Position numbers and translations under genes: made by a program | Assembly (NCBI RefSeq): GCF_006345805.1 | Contig: NC_043007.1 | Location: forward strand, 30,256,001 to 30,320,000 | DNA: 64,000 bases | Direction: 5' to 3' | Source: Octopus sinensis | Taxonomy: Eukaryota | Shown: one piece after another, positions 51,567 to 64,000 of the stretch | Position numbering within the stretch: position 1 is the first letter of the stretch | Layout: each line of letters starts with the position of its first letter | The notes under the pieces: generated by a model | Databases searched by the model: none | What the model saw: the letters and a program-made list of their open reading frames with translations, nothing else | Told to the model about the DNA's origin: nothing

Positions 51567-52574
51567 CTTTCAAGTATGCTTCTATTGTTCCACCAGTTAG
51601 CGTTTTTGTTTGCTTCTCGTTATCATTTTTCTTGATCCCTTTGTGTATTACAAACACAGAGAGAAAGCATCAAAAATACATACATTCGTACACTAACACA
51701 CACACAAGCACACACATAAATACAAGCACACACACAAATACAAGCACACACACACACACAAGTACACACATAAATACAAGCACACGCACACAAGTACACA
51801 TGTATTGTCATACATACGTACACAAACATACCTACCAACGCGCTGAAACATACACACACCAACACAGACAAACACACACACGCGCACACAAAAACATACA
51901 CATACACCAACATACACCAGCGCACACAAAAACACCAGCGTATACACAACCACATACCAAAAAAAAAAAACTTAAACCAACACACAAAGACATCAACGGA
52001 CGGCGACTCACACAAACCCACACCAACGCGCGCGAACACACACACACACATGCGCCCCCTCCTCTCGCTCTGTTCGCGCAGGCGTGCAACTTTTATGTTT
52101 TCCGATCGGTTGAAAATGTATAACACAACAAGGAATTATTGTTAATGTGAATCGAGTTCGCACAATGACATTTTTATTCACTTACAATTGATGGATAATC
52201 TCATAGATTGCTCATTCAGATGTTTCCCATTGGAGCAAGGAATGTTCCATACCATATTCTAAAGTAGTTTCGAACGAGTTCTTGAAGACACACAATCGTT
52301 TTCTTGTTGAAGCTATCAAGCCGATCATTTTCCGACTGATTGCGCTTTAAATCAGTAATTGGTGACGTTGTTTTGAAAACGTATTGTTCAAGAATTGTTA
52401 TCGAGACCGAACTATTACAGGAAATCTCTTCCCGTTGACCTCTGAGGCTCGTCTGATTTTAATGTGTTTGTAGACAGCAGGGAAATCATCGCATAAGGAT
52501 TTGCCTGCTTTATTGACTAAGTTAAGCATGCGTACAGATAGTCCATCAATAGCTTATATTATGATCTAATTTAA

Positions 52575-52755
52575 ACATGACTAAGTGGCCGTTAGGCGAA
52601 GAAGTTCGCTTCCAAACCACATGGTTCCAGGACCAGTGCCGCAGCGTGGGACCTTGAGCAAGTGTCTTCTACTATAGCCTCGGGCCGACTTCTGAGTGGA
52701 TTTGGTAGACAGGTATTGAAAGAGGCTCGTTATTATATATAGATGCGTGAGTGTG
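52575..52755 (+). mobile_element. SINE family C head and core
   Basis: aaccacatggttccagg...ccttgagcaagtgtcttctactatagcctcgggccgac. Confidence 0.75.
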
Positions 52756-52921
52756 TAAAAGGACCCAGAGATTGTGTCGTAGAGGCAGCAACAACAATCG
52801 TCTCGTCCATTTGGCAAATTGTCTTTGAGAGATTTAGAAATAATGTTTCTATTTATTAGGGCAGTGGTGTGTGTCACTTTGAAAATTATACATTTTCGAA
52901 TTCATCCGCTCTGGAATCATT

Positions 52922-53128
52922 TCGGCGGGGACTGCAGGGTAAGATGCTCTGCAGCATTTCATATGTCTTTGTGTTTTGAGTTCGAATTCCGCCCAGGTCG
53001 ACTTTGCCTTTCATTCGTTTCGTGATCGATAAGATTAAGCACCGGTTGATCGTTGGCGGTCGATGTAGCCAACTTACTCTCTCGCCCCCGAGACCTGCTG
53101 GCCTTGCGTCGCAATTCGAAACCAATAT
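52922..53128 (+). mobile_element. SINE family A, diverged copy
   Basis: gagttcgaattccgcccaggtcgactttgcctttcatt... Confidence 0.75.
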
Positions 53129-53209
53129 CAATATTTGATGATTAATAGCAGCATCAGACTTGCGGGACTGAAAATGCCTGAAAACGTCATAGACACTGCC
53201 ATTTAATAT

Positions 53210-53261
<52 letters not shown>

Positions 53262-53463
53262 ATATATATAATTTTAAAATAGGATAAAATCTTTATAAGA
53301 ATTTATCAAGTAATTGGCGTGAAAAACCTCATAAGGGAAACATTTATTAATTATTCTCTTTAAACATATTGCATTCCCTCGCTTTTGGTACAATGTGTTT
53401 ATTATGATAGTTTGACTTTGAGTCCCTCCTAGCGTGAGGCATTTATGTATAGTAATGCCCATA

Positions 53464-53525
<62 letters not shown>

Positions 53526-53574
53526 AATATAAACTCATTTTCCAAGATGTCTGATGTGAAATCGTGTGTTGCAA

Positions 53575-53680
53575 CAGATATTATTGTATTTCGAGATGGT
53601 AATTTCTTGCCAAATAAACACGCGCACTGTATATATTTTTCTTCACTCGTTTATTGCTGTTCTTATTTTGTTATTTTAAC
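53575..53680. mobile_element. Partial copy of the 22734-23000 MITE, opposite orientation
   Basis: Starts with TIR cagatattattgtatttcgagatggtaat; rc matches 22880-23000. Confidence 0.75.
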
Positions 53681-55737
53681 TTATATGTATATATGTATAT
53701 ACATACACGTGTGTGTGCATTTTTGTTTAAATATTTACACACACACACACGCATATGCGTAAATAGATATTTATGTATCTTTATTCATCTTGATATTGAT
53801 AGTTATCTATAATATTGTGTACCGTGTCATACTAATTATTTTCCGACTGTAGCAAATTTTCAAACTGACAAATGCAAGAGAGATGGATTGAACTTAAATT
53901 ATTTTTAAAAATACAGTGGAAATAAATTGCACGAACATCGTAAATCATGTTTTTAAAACAAAGACAAAAAATATCGCTCGTTAGTATTATGTGCATGATT
54001 CTTGCACTGATAAAAGCAGAGAAAATTATTTTAGAGTTTGTACTTCAAATCAGTGCAAAAGTTTCTGCTTTTGTTCACCGATTATTTGTGTTATTTTCTG
54101 TTATATCCGAAGGTATGTGTTGATGTTATCTAAATATTCTGTGTAGCTCTGTACGCGTTTCCATGTCTTGAGTCTAAATTTCTGTACGTACATATCTGTA
54201 AATACAGAACATTGTTACTATAAGAAGGATAAATGAAATTTATGCGCCTGACTCTAGCAACTCGGACGCACGCATCACATAAAATCACTCGTGCTAAGAA
54301 ACACATTTGTACACACATGGACTCTGCTGCTTATTTACTATTTTTTTTTGCACATGTTCGACATCTCTACATCACTTCTTCCGTCTCTCCCCTATCCTCA
54401 AACCACATACCTGCCTAAGTTCTACTCCCATTACTTCCGTGCTTCCCGCTTAACAAAATATAGAAATATCTTTTCACTTCCTCGATAAAGGACTCGTGCG
54501 CAAAATGTCAAGTAACTGAAAATATTTCAGCTGAATATCTATTTTGGATTAATGGATGTAAATAAAAGAGGGACAGGAAGCTAAAGTCAACCGGAATTTA
54601 TTCATATTGGTTTTCTTAACGAATGTAAGCACCAACAATATAATGCAAGACGGACGGGACTGTCACGGATGGAATAATTTTGATTAAGGTTTGCTCGCTG
54701 TGAACTGACGAATCTAAAGCTAAACTAAATAGTAAAAACAACAAAATTAATAACTTCAAAATAGTAATAAGCTACAATTTACCTCCGCTAGAAAGGGATA
54801 TTAAATCTTTCTGGAATCACTTTTTAACTCCCTAACAGAAAGAAGGACACGCTGCACAACTTAGTTTTAGCACACTCAAACATACTAAACCCAATAACAC
54901 CACCACCACCGACAACAACAACACCATTACTGCGCTACTATTTCTTCATCCTCTACTATTTCTACCACTACTACAACTACTACTACCACCACCAAAGCAA
55001 AATGCTATCTACACTAATACATTCACACTACATACTATACCATAAATTACTCCATACTACCACTGCTACCATCACCACAGCACCATCCCCCAAAATGAAA
55101 CCTTCATCAGCATCAGCGCCCCGACACCGCCACCGCCACCACCAACACCCCTCCGTCGCCATCGCCCCAACTATCACCATCAGCACCACTATCCCCGCCA
55201 CAACAGCATCACCAAAAAGAAAACCATTACTAGCACCAGCATCACCACCACCTCCAAAATTATCCGACCAGCAGCAGTAACACTGCCGCCACCACTGACA
55301 TCTCCACCCCCATTACCACCGCCGCCGCCGCCGCCGCCACCACCACCTCCATCAGCAAACATGACACAAGCATCGCAACCTGCATCTTTATCGTTCTCAT
55401 CGTTGTTGTGGTCGCGCCATCGTCGTCACCCTGGCTTGTTGCTTAAGCTCTCAACTTAGACGTTCTGTTCTCCGATCATGCGGAACGTGACGTCATCACT
55501 TAACATTAGGTTGTCGCGCTTCGCTGTGTCTCCTCCCCCAGCTTAACATTATATTGTCTTGCTTCATTGCGTCTCATTCTCCACTTATTCTCCCTCCTGC
55601 TTCAGAAATCACGATCTCCGATAATGTTAAGTTTTCTTCTCAGTAAACAATCGTATCTGTGTGTGTGTGTGTATATGTATTTCGGTATACATGCGTATGT
55701 TTTTGTATGTATGTATGTGAAGTTCTCATTCATTTTC

Positions 55738-55790
<53 letters not shown>

Positions 55791-55793
55791 TTA

Positions 55794-55824
<31 letters not shown>

Positions 55825-55827
55825 TTA

Positions 55828-55858
<31 letters not shown>

Positions 55859-56394
55859 TTATATCTATCTATCTATCTATCTATCTATCTAACTATCTGT
55901 TTATATCTATCTATCTATCTTTCTCTTTCTGTTCTCGCTTAGCTTTTGCGCTAATGAGGGTCTTAAGAGAGATTTACATTTTTGTATGATATAAATGCTT
56001 TTTAGAAAGCTGGAGGGCTTTCAGCAGTAACCGGCGATCCTCTTCCGAAAATGAAGCAACAGCAATAACATAAACAACTTCTGCTTTCAATCATTATTGA
56101 AATGAAATCAATATTAATTACTAAAATGAATCTTTTGCTTAAATAAAGGAGAAGCATTAACAATAATGACCCAAAGGAACAGCCCCTCCCCCCACCTATA
56201 TGGCGGCTAAACTTGCAAGAAAAGGTAATGAAATCTTCCTTAAACTACCTCTAAGCTTCCTGAAAGCGACTGGGTGTACTGGATAATGCGCAAGGAATGA
56301 GAGAAAGGCGGGAGATTCAGGGCTGGAGCGCTGTTGATTGTAAGTCTGATCGATTAATGCTTACTTGAGAGTAAGTAACAACAGTTGTAAGGGT

Positions 56395-56600
56395 CCACAT
56401 ATTCAATTTGCTAGAAATAGAAGCCAAATCATTCAGAAGTCACACTTTAGTTTCTAATAAAAAGAGGACACACAAACTGGAGAATGTAGTGCTAAGGATA
56501 CTGAAGAATTTTAAAAAGTTGGATGGTCATCGATGGAACGCTTTGGATCGCAGGTCTGTTTGATCAAATATGACCTGATGTCTAATGATAGCAGCAAAAC
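56395..56600 (+). mobile_element. Interspersed repeat family G (TGCTAGAAATAGCAGCCAAATC motif)
   Basis: Motif at 56409; other copies at 6925, 33797, 60066, 60148, 60248, 61834 and 62335 (+), and 48462, ~59555 and 61440-61620 (-). Confidence 0.65.
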
Positions 56601-57117
56601 CTTCGACAAAAACAACCGGACCAATAAAGATACACCTATGTAGCCATTCGACAACTAAGTGGTGTAGGCATGGTTGGAACACATTTGATAATATGCCTGT
56701 TGCATCAGGATTTAAATAGAGCTTAACAGCTATAACAACGGTAACAACAACAGTTAGAAAAATACAACAACGAAAAGATATGCGACAACTTAAATAGTAT
56801 TAAGAAGCAATCTTCTGGCGGAGTATGCACGTCATTCATTTTGACAGAAATAATTACTAAATCCCGCTTACCGCAAATCATTGACTTACTGTGTTAGAAA
56901 ACAACACATTTGGTAAAGCAGTCAAAGATAACCTATTCTTTATATTTATCACCCATTGGACAGCGGCCAAGCTAGAGCACACCTAAAACATTAGTCAATC
57001 TCTTCCACTCCGCTACTCATTTCAGTTTGATATTTATTTTATCGAAAACTGCTGAGCGAAATTTTAAGCTTTTGTGGGAAGCAGCACCATGCCTGCCAGA
57101 TTACATCGGTAAACATA

Positions 57118-57461
57118 GTGATAGTGACCCCCTTCGGTCAGACACTGACCATGGGTTTGCACCTAGAGAGTTACTCTCTGAGGCACAAGTCTGGGCAAGG
57201 TTGTTTCATGGAAGACCAGCAGTCGCCCATGCATACCGGTCTCCCCTCTCCACGTCACCGATGTTGTCCAAGGGAAAGGCAAGGGCCGATACAGCTTGGC
57301 ACCTGTGACGTCGCAACTCATTTCTACAGCTGAGTGAACTGGAACAACGTGAAATAAAGTGTCTTGCTCAAGAACACAACACGCAGCCCGGTCCGGGATT
57401 CGAGCTCACAACCTCACGATCGTAAGCTCGACGCTCTAACCACTGAGCCACGCGCCTTCAC
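57118..57461 (-). mobile_element. Intact young tRNA-derived SINE family E with an 11-bp TSD
   Basis: CGGTAAACATA at 57107-57117 and 57462-57472; A-box TGGCTCAGTGG; B-box-like GAGCTCGAATCCC. Confidence 0.9.
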
Positions 57462-57748
57462 CGGTAAACATAAACTCATGGATATATATACAATGCTCTT
57501 CATGTTAGTCCTAATGTTTGTCAGTGTCTTTATAATATAGGTGATGTTAGTTTTATTTTTATTTACAATTATGCTGATAATTGATAATTATGCAGTGCTC
57601 TACATTTTTTGTAAATATCAGGGTCTGATGTAAACTGTAAAAAAGGTGCCGAGTTCTTCAAAAGTATTCACAGATTTTGTTCAAAATTTTAAAAAAGTGT
57701 TACCAAAAGTCTTTTAGTATGTATCAATGTCTCCTAGTTATAGTTTCT

Positions 57749-57762
57749 GTTGCTATGGAAAC
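57749..57762 (+). promoter_or_regulatory. RFX X-box consensus match
   Basis: GTTGCTATGGAAAC fits GTHNYYATRRNAAC. Function unknown; it may belong to a DNA transposon. Confidence 0.3.
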
Positions 57763-58910
57763 ATTTTCCTGAAGTTTTGCGAAGCAAGAACGTACTTGTG
57801 AAAATGCAACAGCAGAAAAAAAAAGGTGAAAAATCTGGCTTTAATAGAGTTTAATTAGCTCAGACACACGTGTGTATAAACACATGCACTTGGCAGACTT
57901 CTACAGAGTCTCTGTCCTGAAAATTCCAATCTGACGTCATTGGTCAGCTCCATTTCACCGCTGAAGATTCTTACAACACGGTGCGATCGAACCCAGAACC
58001 TCATGGCTGCACAACAATCATCTAAACCACACGTCTGTTCTGGCGTTTACGTCTGAAAAGAAAAACAAAAAGAAAAGAAATGCAGGTCTTTGACGCCTGG
58101 GAAGCGTTTGATCTTACGGATCTTCGATCAGAGCCAAACCCACCCCCGTCTCCACCACCGCCACCGACTGAAACAACGGCAACATTAATATGAACAACCT
58201 CAGCAATAATATGAACGAGGTGAATTTTAAATAAGTATATTTAGATATGGAAGTGATTTATGTTGATAAACATATCAAGCGACGGTTTGGCATCAATGCA
58301 GTTATATGAAAATATAAATATTGTAAGTCAGCTAAAATGGCGGCAAGATAAATATTAAAACAATATGGCCGACGGAGATAACACGAAAATGGATATTGTT
58401 TTTAGTGGGAATTGAGAACTCCCACGCCAGCAAATACTGACACGCAAACATACGTCCTCACACAATTCCGCATATGCACATATACATACACGCGTGCGCA
58501 TGCAACTGTATGCACAGATATGAATATTACATCGTGCGTGTATGTGTGTGTGTGTTTCCATGTGTGTACGTCTTCCTCTGTGTGTGTGTGTGTGTGCATT
58601 TCGCTGTTTGTGTGTCCACATAGGCGAGTATTCGCGTTCTTTTCCTGTGAGTATGCTTCAGTGTTTGCGTGTGTGAGTGAATGAGATGTGAGGATGTATG
58701 TGTGTGTGTGATTATCTCCGTGCGTATGTGTGCGTCTGTGTGTGTGTGTGTTAGAAGGTGAGTCTAGACAACGTTATCGTTTGTGTGTGTTTTATTAAAT
58801 ATTTAGAAGACGCACGAAAAATAATTATTGAACACGTGACTAGTGAAATAGATTAAAGCGAACGACTCGACCATTCACAGCCATCTTCAGATTATATATC
58901 TTATTGATTA

Positions 58911-59213
58911 ACGCAGTTGGCACTCCGTCGGTTACGACGACGAGTTTTCCGGTTGATCCGATCAACGGAACAGCCTGCCCGTGAAATTAACGTGCAAGTG
59001 GCCGAGTACTCCACTGACATGCATACCCATAAGGGAGATCCAGCGTGATACTGAATGTGACAAGACAAACCATTTGAATTACGGGTGCAACTCAGTCTTG
59101 CCAGCTGGGTGAAGTAGAGCAAAGTGAAAAATAAAGTGTCTTGCGCCGCTAGGAATCGAACTCACGGCCCCACGATCGTGAGCCGAATACCCTAAACATT
59201 AAGATACACACCT
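58911..59213 (-). mobile_element. SINE family D
   Basis: rc aligns with 26764-27087. Confidence 0.8.
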
Positions 59214-60061
59214 TTACTACCATACTGGTTATGTGAGTTGAGGGCGGGTCATTGATGTTGTGTCGTTCATCCAGTTATTTGGAAGATATTCGGTTTATCT
59301 TAAATGTTTAAAACTGCGGATTAAACCTTATTTCCCAGTCACGTGCTGCTGGAAGATAACATCCTTTCTTTCTACTTTGTTGTTGCTATCATTGTTGTAG
59401 TTATTATTTTATTTAGCGACTAAGTGAACAAACCTGTACTCAAATGAGTTCCAATGATGGCCATCCCGCCCATTTTCTCTCCATTACACATGTAGGTATA
59501 CAGTATCTAATGTGGCTGTCTCTTTCCCAGGTTGGAAGAAGTGTAATTCAAAGAGTAGTGGCTGTTATTTTCAGCGTGGCAAGCGACTCTTGCATAGAGA
59601 CTCCTTCGTAGGTTTGATAAAAACTCACCATGAAGCAAAAAGAACCAGAACAAGAAATAAACAAAACTAAATGAAAAAAAGTCAAGTTTGGTTGCTGGGT
59701 CCTTCGTCACCTCTCGATGATGAGCACTCAGATGTTTGAACAACAAACACTTTACTTGTTGAATTCATGACTGAATGGTTGAATATTCCACAGACATATA
59801 ATGTAATTCTTAATTGGAATCACCGTGGTACAGTGCGCCTCGAGGATGGTGGACACTTGCATCTCAGCTATAGTCCCTTTGATGGACTTTCCAGTTTCCC
59901 AGTTTCCAATTTAACTCACAAGGTTTGGAAATAACCAAGTCAATGTCCAAAGACTCTTATAGCAGAACCTTTCGTGGGATCTCATGACTGCGAAGCCAAA
60001 TCATATTCTTCTGTAATAATCGGGAAGAGCATATCGGAAAAAGTCTTCTGAGCGTTCCCTA

Positions 60062-60450
60062 GACCTGCTAGAAATAGCAGGCAAATCTCCCTGAAATCAA
60101 ATCCGATCTATTGAACGATGAAGGACAGATTGGAAATATACTCGATATGCTAGAAATGACAGCAAAATCTCTCTCAAATCCAATCCAGCCGACTGAGACA
60201 TGAAAGACAGACTAAGGTTTTGGTAAGTTATCCTTTGTCATTCGACCTGCTAGAAATGGCAGCCAAAAAATCACCCAAACAGCATCCTACCGTCTAAAAC
60301 AGGAAGGACAGATTAGATAGAGTCCAAGAAAATGGGTTTTATGACTTAATTTCTCTAAATACAGTTTGAAAATAAGGCGAGAGGGTCATGGTATGAACTC
60401 TGTTGTTCATAGTTCATCTGGGTTAGTGCTAACCTTGGACTGAACAACAC
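60062..60450 (+). repeat. Three tandem degenerate family G units
   Basis: Motif starts at 60066, 60148 and 60248 (spacing 82 and 100 nt); the last unit extends to ...ggactgaacaacac. Confidence 0.7.
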
Positions 60451-61000
60451 AGACGATAAAACAAAAGAGTCCATAACTGGCTGACTCCTGTGAATCTCTT
60501 CATTGCTTTCACATATTATATTTACGTTCACTGGAGCTCACGTTATCCCTGTAAACCTTTGTATTCAATCGAATTTAATTATATTCAGTTAGTTTGCAAA
60601 TCCATTTAATATGACAATTTAAAAAGCTTAATTTAAGTTGACATATCGCCAGTGTCAGATTTCATTAATAAAAGTGATTTGTGGCTTTCATTAACAATTA
60701 GAATTCAGATTAAAGATTTGTGGATCCGTGTCTTCAACAAAAGGTTTTCATGTCCGCAATTTTATTCTGAGAATCAAAAGGTTCTGGAGTGAGGCTTTTA
60801 GTTTATGAATTACGCGATTATAATGGTAAAAACGTGGGCGTAGGTAGAGCAGTTATAGTTATGTGTTGAAGAAATTCTTTTGGGAATAATGTGGTCGCAG
60901 GTTCGTTTCTTTGTATGGCACATTGGGGAAAGTTCTTCTAACGTAGTTTTGTTTTGAACAAAGCCTTATTTGTGACATTGTGTTGACAGAAGTCATACAT

Positions 61001-61182
61001 CTTTTATCTTTTACTTGTTCCAGGCATTAGACTGCGGCCATGCTGGGGCACCGCCTTGAAGTATTTTTAGTCGAATGAATCCACTCCAGGACTTACCATT
61101 TCTTTTATTAAGCGTTGGTATTTATTCTATCGGTGGATTTTTGCCGAACCGCTAAATTATGGGGACGTAAACACACCAAAAT
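61001..61182 (-). mobile_element. SINE family C, 3' half
   Basis: cttttatcttttacttgttccaggcattagactgcggccatgctggggcaccgcc... Confidence 0.8.
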
Positions 61183-62436
61183 GCTAAATAATATATAAAC
61201 ATTGTCTATATGTAACATTGTATATATGCAAACTCGCAGGAAAGATCATTGTTGCTGTTTGTTTCTAGGTTAACTCGTTGTTCGACGCACCGCTGTTTCT
61301 AGGATGACTTTGCGGTGTCTGGTCTTTTTAAAGCGTTCGTGCAGAGTGAGGATATCTTTTTTCTCTCCTCCCAGTTTTGGAGATAGGCTCTACGCTTTTC
61401 CTTATTTATTGTTGATAGAATAAATTATATATTGCTTGATTTTGGGCTCCAGTTCATACAGGGCCATGATGAAAGTCTTTCGAACCGTGACCACTCTGCC
61501 CTTTCTGTAAGACATGCTACATCTAGGACTGTATTATGCAGTGAGTCATTCCATTTATTAAGACAGATGTAGGTTAGATAAAAGAGATTGGTTGTTATTT
61601 GTCTTAAGAGAGTCACGTAAAGATTTTCTTTTTGACTCTACCTTTTTAGATGAACAGACCTATCTAAAGAATAAAACTGGATGGTCAGAGCTGGAGTGTC
61701 AATTGTCCAGGGTCTCCTGGGTCTGGCACCACCTGGAGTTAAACATCAACAGTTTTGTCACATCAACAATAACCATCATAATAACAACATCAACAGCAAT
61801 GGTCAATGTATGCCTCTAAGCAGTCGTTAAAACTGCTAGAAATAACAGCAAAACCTTTTAAAATGACACCCCAATGCATCCTTTGTGAGTTGACTTCGTA
61901 AATACCAGTTCCACCTTTAAAATATTTGTAAACGTTTAAGACTCCACATTTTTATTAAGGGAAAGACAACACAATCTTTTGTGTTCATATAATTCTTCCT
62001 TCGGCCATTTCCAGTGTAAAAGACACGACAATACGCCTGATGCCTTTTCAATCCCGTCAGGGGAGAAGTATTCCATCCACCCAAAGAGAAACACTGGCAT
62101 TTTTGCATCTCTGTGGAAATAACAACACATTGAATGATGTATATGTCGGAATAAAACGGCGAATGTTGACGAGAGGAACGCCTTCGGACATAATTCGGCT
62201 GGATCAGAGTGATTAGGCGTTAAACAACGAAGTTGAAGAAAAACAGTCCTGAACAAAAGGTGTTACAATAAATACACAACAACAACAACGAGAATGACGA
62301 GTAAACGATGGGGCCCCTATATGGTCGTTCAAACTGCTAGAAATAGCAGCCATATCTCTCTCAAACAAGACCCTCCCATCATGTAAATGACGCAGTGGCG
62401 GTACGCAGAGCTGCGGCGGTAAGCAGAGCTACGGCT

Positions 62437-62490
<54 letters not shown>

Positions 62491-62845
62491 ATGAAATATG
62501 AAGAACAAAAAATGATTCGGTGAAGGAGAGAAAGCAGGTATCATGCAGTTGTTTAAAGAAATCGAATGACCAGAACGACAGAATGTAAAAATGACAGATT
62601 GACAGAAAAGGATTAACACTGATAAAAGAACGGCAGAAGAATATTATTGCCAATAAATTCGTAAAAAACGATTGGATGAGCGAAATATTTTCTGGCTTTA
62701 TTAGTTGTCAAAAGAATTCAGAAAGAAAAGGAATCGTGTTTATTTACAGCTGCTATGAAGGAGATTAATGGTGGCATTGAACTAACAACAAACAGTGACT
62801 TTCAGAGAAATGAAAACCATAATTCTTTGATACAGTACAGTACAG

Positions 62846-62942
<97 letters not shown>

Positions 62943-63039
62943 GTGTTCGTGTGCTTGTTTGAGTCTGTGTCTATCTATTTATCTATCTATCTATCTATCT
63001 ATTCACTTAACTATCTACCTCTGTATTTACATTAGTAGA

Positions 63040-63540
63040 TTATACCAAAAGCCTATATATAAAACAAATCCATTCATATTGATTGAGCAGACACAACCCC
63101 CATCAGAAGTGCTCATACAACGCATAATCTATCTTATACGACAAGAACTTACTGCACCAAGTTATCGGACAGCACAAACAATTAATTAAAAAAAAAGTTA
63201 ATAAAGCAAAACACAATATGTATTGCACTTAAACAGAAACTCGCCGTTAGGATACAGAGGTGCCAGAAAGAAAATGATTCGCATAACGAGAAAACAGAAA
63301 GCTAACGAACTTCTAGCTGTGAATGTAATATAGAAATTGCAATTCAAACATGAAACTTATAAAGTTCACGAAAGAAACTGCTATACTGGGCATACGTATA
63401 CAACACTCTCCCGCCGTTTGACCATGCGTTTACAAGGAAATATCCCAGCACCGTACAAGAGGGCGAAGAATAATAACGACCATAAAGCGTTTTTGCTGGG
63501 ACTATTATGTCTTTGCTTCTAAACATATATCTTGGATAAC
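63040..63540 (+). mobile_element. Decayed Penelope-like element of a second lineage (GIY-YIG region)
   Basis: QFKHETYKVHERNCYTGHTYTTLSRRLTMRLQG resembles the PLE pattern VY.F.C...YIG.TTT.LSRRLTMH. Confidence 0.55.
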
Positions 63541-64000
63541 GTTAAACGACTTGCCATTACATTTTTAGTGCTTTAGGTGTTGTTCGAGAGGGGATTTCTG
63601 ATATTAGTAGCATTCAGAGATATGTAGTGGCTCTCACATTAGCTGGAATAACAATTAATTATACGATAATTCTTGGCTGGAGGAAACGTACGTTGTTAAA
63701 TCATTTCAATAGCGGAAATATTACTAAACTGGGATGTACAAACATAGCTTGATAGCATTGGTTTAGTGTTGGACATAAAACAGGGCTGAGCGCATTTGTT
63801 TGTAAAGAAACACACAAATGCATACAAAGAAACACGCATACATGTATATGAATAAGAGTATGTACTGTCTACGTATGTATGTACAACATAAAAGTATGTG
63901 CCATTCTGTGTGTGTCTTCCATTAAAGCCAAACGTAAATAAAAACGTTGTTTAATGCCACTTATTATGTAAAGGTAGAAAGATCTTCTCTGCGGGATTTC

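Noticed and set aside
55488-55495. CRE palindrome TGACGTCA (also 57932-57939)
   Set aside because: One or two 8-mers in 64 kb is near chance, and the second lies in a degenerate SINE.
58080-58192. Small ORF MQVFDAWEAFDL...PPPSPPPPPT
   Set aside because: The 5' half is the end of a family G repeat and the proline run is a (CCA/CCG) microsatellite.
60062-60450. CRISPR-like repeat-spacer pattern
   Set aside because: The context is eukaryotic, the repeats are degenerate, the spacers are mutually homologous and there are no cas genes; these are tandem copies of an interspersed repeat.
6925-62350. Apparent all-plus-strand orientation of family G copies
   Set aside because: Minus-strand copies exist at ~48462, ~59555 and 61440-61620.

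Overview
AT-rich eukaryotic (animal) genomic DNA. The SINE set and the extreme microsatellite load look like an octopus/coleoid cephalopod genome; this is recognised from memory, not searched. No host protein-coding gene can be called with confidence, so the window is intergenic or lies inside a very long intron; a few + strand splice-signal candidates exist. Nearly all long ORFs in the track are microsatellite artefacts. The interpretable content is mobile DNA: decayed Tc1 (DD34E) and mariner transposons with TIRs, several MITEs (Tc1/mariner-type, pogo/Tigger-type, hAT-type), RTE, CR1 and probable R4/Dong LINE remnants, more than 20 tRNA-derived SINE copies with shuffled head/tail modules, and at least four Penelope-like element (PLE) coding remnants. 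The most interesting signal is a set of five hammerhead-ribozyme motifs in PLE terminal repeats (13951-14044, 22081-22118, 46484-46582, 47160-47193, 48988-49061). Two of them lie directly downstream of GIY-YIG coding sequence, and two families carry an unusually long helix II. Hammerheads in PLEs are a known phenomenon; whether these particular variants are described or active needs checking. SINE family letters (A-E, G) are my own labels.
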